A DNA stretch of 64,000 nucleotides, taken from the NCBI GenBank assembly GCA_963833425.1, contig CAWHXP010000009.1:95220-159219 (forward strand), read 5' to 3'. This document shows, piece after piece, positions 56,021 to 64,000 of the stretch. The notes under the pieces are model-generated. The model ran no database searches. It saw only the letters and a program-made list of their open reading frames with translations, and had not been told where the DNA came from. This DNA comes from an uncultured Methanosarcinaceae archaeon. Its GTDB lineage: Archaea; Halobacteriota; Methanosarcinia; Methanosarcinales; Methanosarcinaceae. The first letter of the stretch is position 1, and each line of letters begins with the position of its first letter. Both the position numbers and the translations under genes were made by a program.

Positions 56021-58324
56021 TCAAGACATTATTTCAGGCTTTGTGTTCAGACATGCTGCAATGGCCTGTCCGAAAGAAATACACCCATCTCCACAAGGAA
56101 CTTGGCAGTGAGTTAAAAATTCAAAACCTGCTTCTTTAACATTTCTTGCAATACACGAAGTAATATGATCGTTGTAGGCAACCCCACCACTCAAACCTAT
56201 CTTTTCAAGGCCCCTTTTTGAGGCAAGAGAAACAGCAAGTTCCGAAATTCCCTTTGCAAGATTTTCCTCAACTCCAAAAGCCAGGTCAGCATAAGAATAA
56301 TTTCCGAAAAGTTCATAAACTCCCAATAGAAGTTCGGTCGTATCAAGCACGTGAAGTCCTGATTTATCGTCTTTCAGAAAAACAATAGGAAGATCCACCA
56401 TGTGAGTACTTTTCTTTGCAGCAGATTCTAATTTCATTGCAGGTTCTCCTTCATAAGTTCTTATTCCGCAAATTCCAAGCATCGCGGCTGCTGCATCAAG
56501 TACCCTTCCGGTACTGCTGCTTTGGAAAACATTTACTTCCTTTTCAAGCTGTTTCATAACCGTTGAGAATTCTTGAGTTCCCTGTGGAAAACTCAGAGGA
56601 AGCTTTTCCAGTTCTGCTCTTTCAAGTCTTTTGAATAGAATACCCAAGGCCATCCTTGAAGGTACCTTCGATGCAAAATCTCCACCAGGCATTGGCTGAG
56701 AGAGTAGATGTCCAAGGCGCTCATACCCAAAGTAAGAAGATTCAAAGAACTCACCACCCCAAACTGTGCCGTCAGTGCCATATCCAACCCCATCAAGAGC
56801 GATTCCCAGCATTCTGGAATCCTGCGGCAGGGAATTATCAGCCATCAGTGCCAACATGTGAGCATGATGATGTTGGACCTGAAGTGTATTTTCCCTGCCC
56901 ATATTCATTGCAAAACGTGTCGTATTAAAAGCCGGATGCAGATCGCAACCCCAGTGAAGAATATTTGCTCCAGTAAGCTGGATTAGATGATGAAAAACTT
57001 CTGAATGATATCTAAAGGTTTCTAAATTATTGGTATCCCCTATGTACTGAGATATGTAGGCCAGTTTCCCTTTCACCACAGCTATTGTGGAGTTCATTTC
57101 AGCTCCTACCCCAATAGAAGCTTCTACTTCAAAAGGTAGCTCAATAGGCTCTGGCACAAAACCCCGGGAACGCCGGATAAAGGCTGCCTTTTTATTGACA
57201 CTCCGGATAACTGTATCATCATTCCTGTTTGCAATAATCCTATCATGAAGCAGATGAAAATCTACAATTCCACTAAATGCATTAAGTGATTCATTGTTTT
57301 CGATAACCATGGGCATTCCTGGAAGGTTTGCCGAAGTCATAACATATACAGAATTAGGCTCAAGTTCAAAAAGAAGATTTTGTGTGCCTGTATAAGGAAG
57401 CATAACCCCTATATTATGCAGACCAGGGGAAGTAGATTCAGCCAGGTTAAATTTTTTTGACTTCAGGAGCACTGCTATAGGGCGACGACGGGATGTGAGA
57501 TATTCCATGCTTGTACCCCCAAAATCTGCAAATGATTCCACAACATCAGTATTTTTTGCCATAACTGCAAAAGGCTGCTCTGGACGCTTCAAACGCCTTC
57601 GAAGCTCCCTCACAGACTCCTCCTTTCGGGCATTACAGGCAATATGGAACCCTCCGAATCCTTTGATGGAAAGAATTGCACCCCGTTGGATAAAGTCCGA
57701 AGCATCTACAATCGCTTCATAACCCTTGGAGAGTACAGTTCCTTCAGGATCTGAAAGCCAGATCTTTGGTCCACAATTTTGGCAACAAACAGGTTGAGCG
57801 TGATATCTTCGATTGAGAGGATCATTATACTCTGATTTGCATTTCGCACAGAGAGGAAAAGCTGCCATTGTTGTATTTTCCCGGTCGTAAGGAAGGGTTC
57901 TAACTGTTGTATATCTAGGACCGCAGTTAGTGCAAACAGTAAAAGGATAATGATAGTACCTAGATGAAGGGACAAAGATCTCAGACTTGCAATCCTCACA
58001 AATAGCAGTATCAGGAGGGATTATAGAATTTTCAAAAACTCCAGATTCACTCGGTACAATAAGAAATTTAGAGTAAGCTGAGAAAGGCACATTTTTTGAT
58101 TTGATTTCGGTAATTTTTGCAAGAGGAGGCTTTTTTTCAGACAGATCTTGAATAAAATTTTCAAGATTTTTCCAATTCCCCTCTATATGAATCTCCACGT
58201 AGTTTCCTTGATTTTTCACGAATCCGAAAAGCCCATGGACTTTTGCGAGCTGATAGACAAAAGGACGAAAACCAACACCTTGCACAGTACCGGTTACATG
58301 GATAAGTCTGGCTTCATTTTGCAT
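56021..58324 (-). CDS. hypF: [NiFe]-hydrogenase maturation carbamoyltransferase
   Basis: VQGVGFRPF acylphosphatase domain, two Zn fingers, KGFGGFH, DLHP, QHHHAH, LSGGV, GDGCISFGQ. Confidence 0.97.
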   Translation of the reverse strand: MQNEARLIHVTGTVQGVGFRPFVYQLAKVHGLFGFVKNQGNYVEIHIEGNWKNLENFIQDLSEKKPPLAKITEIKSKNVPFSAYSKFLIVPSESGVFENSIIPPDTAICEDCKSEIFVPSSRYYHYPFTVCTNCGPRYTTVRTLPYDRENTTMAAFPLCAKCKSEYNDPLNRRYHAQPVCCQNCGPKIWLSDPEGTVLSKGYEAIVDASDFIQRGAILSIKGFGGFHIACNARKEESVRELRRRLKRPEQPFAVMAKNTDVVESFADFGGTSMEYLTSRRRPIAVLLKSKKFNLAESTSPGLHNIGVMLPYTGTQNLLFELEPNSVYVMTSANLPGMPMVIENNESLNAFSGIVDFHLLHDRIIANRNDDTVIRSVNKKAAFIRRSRGFVPEPIELPFEVEASIGVGAEMNSTIAVVKGKLAYISQYIGDTNNLETFRYHSEVFHHLIQLTGANILHWGCDLHPAFNTTRFAMNMGRENTLQVQHHHAHMLALMADNSLPQDSRMLGIALDGVGYGTDGTVWGGEFFESSYFGYERLGHLLSQPMPGGDFASKVPSRMALGILFKRLERAELEKLPLSFPQGTQEFSTVMKQLEKEVNVFQSSSTGRVLDAAAAMLGICGIRTYEGEPAMKLESAAKKSTHMVDLPIVFLKDDKSGLHVLDTTELLLGVYELFGNYSYADLAFGVEENLAKGISELAVSLASKRGLEKIGLSGGVAYNDHITSCIARNVKEAGFEFLTHCQVPCGDGCISFGQAIAACLNTKPEIMS

Positions 58325-58678
58325 ATGAGACGAGAATTGATGTTTGTCGTTAAAATAGCTTTCTGATTTAAAGGCGAAAATAGGGGAAAAATATAAATTA
58401 AGAACTAAAATGATATCAATAAAAGATAGGTTAAATTGAAAAAAGTAAAAACCTGTGATCGGACTTATTAGGAATAATTACTCTGAAGTCCATCTCACAT
58501 AAAATTTGGTGAAACTGTTTTTATGATGACTAAAATTCCCAAAATCATCATTAAAAGGGAGATTTTCCAGGCTACCTGAATCAAGCGAGCCTGATTTTCG
58601 GGTTTGCCAAGTTTAAGTATTAATCTTTCAATTAGGTTCGGTCGATCCTCACACGTTGCCATATGATACTCATCTTGA

Positions 58679-59302
58679 TTATTTCATTCTTGCCTTGATT
58701 CTCTTCAGCCGGAACGTATTCTCCCTTTCCATCTCTTCAAGGACAAAACGAATGTACTTCATGGTTGCAATTTGCTCTGGAATAACTTTGAATTCGAGAG
58801 CGTTCACACGCCTCTTTGTCTTCTCGATTTCATTCAGAAGCCTTTTCATTGTAGTTTCCAGCTCTGCAGCCTTGATAATCTTTTCTACCAAATCCTCATA
58901 CGCGTCTGCAGTTTCATCGATGTACGAGTTTGTTCCGATGATACCGTAACCCCTCTCAGTGAGGGATTTACGGACCGCCGTAGAGCTGATCTTTGGCACC
59001 TTAACGCCCATTATATTTTGCCCAGAAAGCTGTATTTCAGGAGATTCCTTCGCTGTGAAGGCTGTTGATCTGACAGTAACCATCCCATCCACTGCAGAGG
59101 CGAGATTGAGTTTTCCCACAGCTTTTGAGAAAGCAACGTCCAGCTCGGTTCTTACATTCCTTGCCTCTTTAAGGATCTTAAAGAACTCAAGAATAAGACC
59201 GTCTCTTTTCATTTTGAGAAGCTTGTGCCCACTTTGAGAGAGTTTTATTTTCTTCTTGAGCTGAATTAACTCCGAACGAGTTGGTTTTATGTCTTGAGCC
59301 AT
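58679..59302 (-). CDS. atpD: A1AO ATP synthase subunit D
   Basis: KPTRSEL, GHKLLKMKRDGL, TKRRVNALEF. Confidence 0.96.
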   Translation of the reverse strand: MAQDIKPTRSELIQLKKKIKLSQSGHKLLKMKRDGLILEFFKILKEARNVRTELDVAFSKAVGKLNLASAVDGMVTVRSTAFTAKESPEIQLSGQNIMGVKVPKISSTAVRKSLTERGYGIIGTNSYIDETADAYEDLVEKIIKAAELETTMKRLLNEIEKTKRRVNALEFKVIPEQIATMKYIRFVLEEMERENTFRLKRIKARMK

Positions 59303-59307
59303 GGTAA

Positions 59308-60690
59308 TCACTGAGCCTTTCTGTGTGCAGGATGGTATTTCTGGATATATTTGTTGTCAATCCTACCCAACTGGTTGATCGGCAAATGTGCGAGAATTTT
59401 CCAACCAATGTCCAGTGTATCGGCAATGGTTCTGTTTTCGTTTCTGCCCTGGCGGACGAAATTTTGTTCGAAAAGATCAGCAAACTCGAGCAACTTCGTA
59501 TCTCTTTCTGACAGAGCTTCTTTACCTACAATAGCTACTAGACCTCTCAGATCACGTCCTTCTGCATAACCAGCAAACATTTGGTCAGAAACTGCCTTGT
59601 GATCTTCCCTTGTCTTGTCTGCTCCTATACCTGAATTCATCAACCTTGATAGAGAAGGCAGCACATTGATTGGCGGATAGATACCTTTCGTGTGCAGTTC
59701 CCTGGCAACCAATATCTGGCCTTCAGTAATATACCCAGAAAGGTCAGGAATCGGATGTGTAACGTCGTCACCCGGCATTGAAAGAATCGGAATCTGAGTA
59801 ACTGATCCCTTGGCACCTTTAACAATACCAGCACGCTCGTAGAGAGTTGCAAGATCGGTATACATGTAACCAGGATATCCACGACGACCAGGTACTTCAT
59901 TGCGGGCAGCACCCATTTGACGGAGAGCTTCTGCATAGTTAGTGATGTCAGTCAGAATGACGAGGACGTGCATTCCATGCTCGTATGCCAGGTACTCAGC
60001 TGCCGTCAAAGCCATACGCGGGGTAATAAGACGCTCGACAGCTGGGTCATCTGCAAGGTTGAGGAACACAACTGCCCTTTCAAGAGCACCCGTCTTTTCG
60101 AAGTCGCTCATGAAATACTGAGCTTCTTCGTTGGTGATACCCATTGCAGCGAAAACCACTGCGAACGCCCCTTCAGACCCTGGCACAGAAGCCTGTCTCG
60201 CTATTTGCAGTGCAATTTCATTGTGTGGAAGACCTGATCCTGAAAAAAGAGGCAGTTTTTGCCCACGAACCAGGGTATTAGTCCCGTCGATTGTGGATAT
60301 ACCTGTCTGAATGAAATCCTTCGGAGGCAACCTAGCGTACGGATTCATTGCAGCCCCGCTGATATCCAGAAGCTGATCTGGCACTATTCTGGGCCCCCCA
60401 TCTAGAGGGTCACCGGCACCTGATAGAATCCTGCCGAGTAGGTCAATGGATACGGGAAGCTTTAGGGTTTCACCTGTGAAAACTACCCCACAGTCTTTGT
60501 TCAGACCACCAGTACCTTCAAAAATCTGGACAACCACGATGTCTGCGGAAGAGTCCAGAACCTGGCCTCTCCGAGTGGTTCCATCAGGTAGATTGACACT
60601 AACTATTTCGTTGTAACCTACCGGCTCTGTTTTTTCGACAAAGACAAGAGGTCCTGCAATCTGTGTGATTGTTTTATATTCTTTTACCAT
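59308..60690 (-). CDS. atpB: A1AO ATP synthase subunit B
   Basis: [41 protein letters not shown]. Confidence 0.97.
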   Translation of the reverse strand: MVKEYKTITQIAGPLVFVEKTEPVGYNEIVSVNLPDGTTRRGQVLDSSADIVVVQIFEGTGGLNKDCGVVFTGETLKLPVSIDLLGRILSGAGDPLDGGPRIVPDQLLDISGAAMNPYARLPPKDFIQTGISTIDGTNTLVRGQKLPLFSGSGLPHNEIALQIARQASVPGSEGAFAVVFAAMGITNEEAQYFMSDFEKTGALERAVVFLNLADDPAVERLITPRMALTAAEYLAYEHGMHVLVILTDITNYAEALRQMGAARNEVPGRRGYPGYMYTDLATLYERAGIVKGAKGSVTQIPILSMPGDDVTHPIPDLSGYITEGQILVARELHTKGIYPPINVLPSLSRLMNSGIGADKTREDHKAVSDQMFAGYAEGRDLRGLVAIVGKEALSERDTKLLEFADLFEQNFVRQGRNENRTIADTLDIGWKILAHLPINQLGRIDNKYIQKYHPAHRKAQ

Positions 60691-60696
60691 GCTTAC

Positions 60697-62447
60697 CTAC
60701 CTCTGGGATGCAAATTCCCCTCTCAGGGACGCAAACTCTTTATCCATCTTTGTCAGAACAGCATTCATAGAAGCATCGAAGTTCTCCTCGAACTTAACTT
60801 TGGGAAGCTCATCCTTAGATTGAATCTTGACAATTTCCGAGACCGGAACACCCAATTTTAAAGATTCCTGTGCAGCATCTGCAAACTTCATGATTGCCTG
60901 CATGATCCTATACTGCTCAGAAAACGGACTATAAGTATCTATTGGATGGAACGCATTCTGCTGCAGGAAGATTTCCCTTATCATACGGGTAATTTCAAGA
61001 AGGAGCTGCTGCTCTTCCGGTAGAGCATCGGAACCTACCAGCTGCACGATTTCCTGAAGTTCGGATTCTACCTGGAGCATTTCCATTGCCCTTTCTCTAA
61101 GGGGAACATAATCAGCAGCCACGTTAGCAGTAAACCATTCGTTGAGAGTTTCCTTGTACAGACTGTAACTTGTCAACCAATTGATGGCCGGGAAGTGCCG
61201 TCTTTGGGATAGTTTGGCGTCCAGAGCCCAGAAAACCTTCACAATTCTCAGGGTATTCTGAGTAACAGGCTCTGAGAAATCACCGCCAGGAGGAGATACT
61301 GCTCCAATAACAGTAATCGAACCTGTTTCGCCACAAAGAGATTCTGCAACACCGGCACGCTCATAGAATTCTGCAAGTCTTGCGGACAGATAAGCCGGAT
61401 AACCCTCTTCACCAGGCATTTCTTCCAGACGAGAGGAGATTTCTCTCATTGCTTCTGCCCACCTGGAGGTGGAATCTGCCATAAGGGACACATCTAATCC
61501 CATGTCACGGAAATATTCTGCAATTGTGATACCTGTGTAAACAGATGCTTCCCTCGCAGCTACAGGCATGTTTGAAGTGTTGGCTATAAGAACAGTACGC
61601 TCCATGAGTGGCCTGCCAGTCTGTGGATCTTCGAGTTCTGGGAAATCATGCAGAACGTCTGCCATTTCGTTTCCGCGTTCACCACAACCGACGTAGACCA
61701 CAATTTCGGTATCACTCCACTTTGAAAGCTGCTGCTGTGTAACGGTCTTACCAGATCCGAAAGGTCCTGGAATTGCCGCAGTACCTCCCTTTGCTAGAGG
61801 GAAGAGTGCGTCAAGAATTCTCTGTCCTGTGACCAACGGCTTTGTGGGTAATAGTTTCTTCGCCACAGGTCTGGGTCTACGCACAGGCCATTTCTGCATC
61901 ATTTGCAGCTCTGTCCCATCAGTCAAAGTGCAGATAGTATCTATAACAGTGAAGTTTCCACTCTTAATTTCGGAGATTCTACCCGAGATATCCGGGTGTA
62001 TCATTGATTTTGTGTTCAATGTTTACAGTTTCCTGAACGACTCCAATCACGTCTCCACCTTTGACAACCGCTCCCTTTTTGACAACAGGTTTGAATTCCC
62101 AGAGTCTTTTGTGGTAAGTCCATCTGCGCTGACACCTCTCTGAATGAAGCTGCCATCTTCTCAAGCAGAACGTGCAGAGGCCTTTGAACCCCATCATAAA
62201 TACTTGAAAGAAGACCGGGACCAAGTTCCACGGACAGAGGCATCCCTGTGGATACACAATGCTCCCCTGGCTTGACGCCTCCAGTCTCTTCGTATACCTG
62301 GATAATGGTTTTGGGCCCCACTATCTGGATGACTTCACCCATTAAGCCTTCATTACCGACTTTGACCAGGTCATACATTTTTGCCTGTAAGCCGATAGCG
62401 GTGACAACAGGCCCAGCCACACGATAAATTTCACCTTTTACTTCCAC
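60697..62447 (-). pseudogene. atpA: A1AO ATP synthase subunit A, interrupted by three single-base indels as sequenced
   Basis: [10 protein letters not shown] start; frame changes at ~62153, ~62115, ~62005; GPFGSGKT and GERGNE intact. May be sequencing error. Confidence 0.9.
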
Positions 62448-62743
62448 AGATCAACACCTACCGCTTGTTTTATTTTGTCTCGTAAACTCATTACGCCTGC
62501 TCCGCTGCCTCCCATGGTTACTATTGTGGGCTGGACAGACTCATTTAAGTTTTTCCTTAAAATTTCCGGCAGATTACCAATATCATCATTATGCATTACA
62601 ATAATCCCTACACTCTTATCTTGAAAAACAGATCTTACCGCAGACTCGATGGCACTTTTATCAGCAGTTTCGTATACTTTTCGGATACCAGCTAGCCTGA
62701 ATCCCGTAACAAAATCGCTTTTTCCGATCACTGCTAATTCCAT
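62438..62743 (-). CDS. atpF: A1AO ATP synthase subunit F
   Basis: [29 protein letters not shown]. Confidence 0.95.
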   Translation of the reverse strand: MELAVIGKSDFVTGFRLAGIRKVYETADKSAIESAVRSVFQDKSVGIIVMHNDDIGNLPEILRKNLNESVQPTIVTMGGSGAGVMSLRDKIKQAVGVDLWK

Positions 62744-63815
62744 TAAATAACCACCAACTGATCTTTTATTAAATTCTCGTCGAGGCCAGCTTCCTTACCC
62801 CTATAGATGATCCGGAGATTGGTGACCTCATTATTTTTATGGATGATGTAGTCCATAACAGGCATAATTGATATCGGAGAAGCATGCGAAAAAATGTTTG
62901 TATATTCAAGATACTTTCTTGTGAGTCTTCTTTCAAGATTAATCAGAGAATCCATATCCTGATCAGCAATGCCTGAAATTGAATTCCAATAATGCGTTTT
63001 TTGGAGCTCATTGACAAATTCTCCATATGGAAGAGGCGCCAGTTTCTCGGTTTTCAACTCGAGCCCTCCCTCAATCATGAGAGGCATGATTTCATCAGAC
63101 TGCTCAACTCCTGATTTCTTCAGCCTGAAGAGGTTACTCAAGTTCTTAACATCGACTTCCAGCTTGATGAACCTGGTAAAAAGCTTACGATCCTTAGATT
63201 TTGGTTTTCCGATTGCTTCAAACAGGCTTGTGTAATACATCTTGTCGAGTTCATTTTCTATGTCTGCCAGGTTAGTTCCGTCAAATCCCTGCAACAAGGG
63301 ATAATACTCAGTCTTTTTCAGGGCCTCAACGATTTCCTGATACGTGGCCTTGGCCGCAAGTTCTGACAAGAAGCTGTAAGTAAACTGCCCGGTAGCAATC
63401 AAAAACTCCAAGATTTCTTCTACAGATGCGTTGTAGAGTTTACCACGGAGAAGAGTTTTGACGTTCCAGATTTCATACCTTTTCAGATATGCTGTAATCA
63501 GGTAATTTAGCTCTCCTGATGAAATTCTTCCCAACTTATCAAAGGTAAGCGCAAGATTCCTGTTTAATGCGTGTTCTGCCAAATCGCCACCGCTGTATTT
63601 CATTGCCAGTTCGTCAACATCGTTTTTGTATTCAGACTCTTGGATGAAACGGGTAATTTCATCAATCCCCATATTTAGCAGCCGGGGATATGATTCTTCA
63701 GGAAGCATTTACTCTTCATCACGCGAACACGAGTTACAGCATAAGCATAGTTAGAATTGCCTTTATTCTTCCTTTGTGAGGGGTTTTTCCCCCGAAATAT
63801 ATCCAAAAGCCGCAT
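62743..63815 (-). pseudogene. atpC: A1AO ATP synthase subunit C, one-base deletion near 63708 as sequenced
   Basis: ATG 63815 MRLLDIF...NYAYAVTRVRVMKSK, then shifts into LPEESYPRLLNM. Confidence 0.88.
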
Positions 63816-63821
63816 CGAACA

Positions 63822-64000
63822 TCACCCGTGTAAAATATCAGAGATCTGCTTTTAATGAACGCTCATACACGTTTTTTAGGATTGAATCATATGTGAAATC
63901 TAACCTGACTGTTCCATCCTCGTTTTCCTGAACAACGCCGCCGATACAATTTATATTACCAGCGTAAGATAAAGAAGATAATTTCTTGACAATAGTTTCT
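63822..64000 (-). CDS. atpE: A1AO ATP synthase subunit E, 3' end only; extra A near the end
   Basis: GNINCIGGVVQENEDGTVRLDFTYDSIL; removing one A at ~63851 gives SLKQISDILHG*. Confidence 0.85.

Noticed and set aside
62000..62160. Programmed frameshifting or an intein in atpA
   Set aside because: Three separate indels with no slippery heptamer or stimulator seen, and no inserted sequence

Overview
Chromosomal window from a methanogenic archaeon, almost certainly Methanosarcina (Ech hydrogenase, A1AO ATP synthase, archaeal gyrase, DUF1699-type paralogues, intron-containing tRNAs). Housekeeping blocks: gyrB-gyrA; nikR; echABCDEF; a GH57-GH57-ACT/V4R-GH15 alpha-glucan breakdown operon; an aminotransferase; rnp4, an MBL hydrolase, pan, rfcS, an FAD oxidoreductase, thiL, a PHP protein, hypF; and the distal ahaE-C-F-A-B-D operon. 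There are three tRNAs: Trp (C/D-box intron), Glu and Arg (21-nt intron). The AT-rich spacers are largely decayed insertion sequences (IS5, IS6, IS110, IS1634, IS200/IS605 tnpA and tnpB), several nested, plus at least nine copies of a ~89-bp MITE with IS5-type ends. Most notable: (1) adjacent small exported low-complexity proteins, one with (HHHHK)x4 and one Gly/Trp/Tyr/RGG-rich; (2) the MITE family, often upstream of genes; (3) an apparently catalytically dead GH57 paralogue coupled to an ACT/V4R protein; (4) amber stops positioned for in-frame read-through; (5) five single-base indels clustered in the ATP synthase genes. Family assignments were made by eye from motifs; no database search was run.
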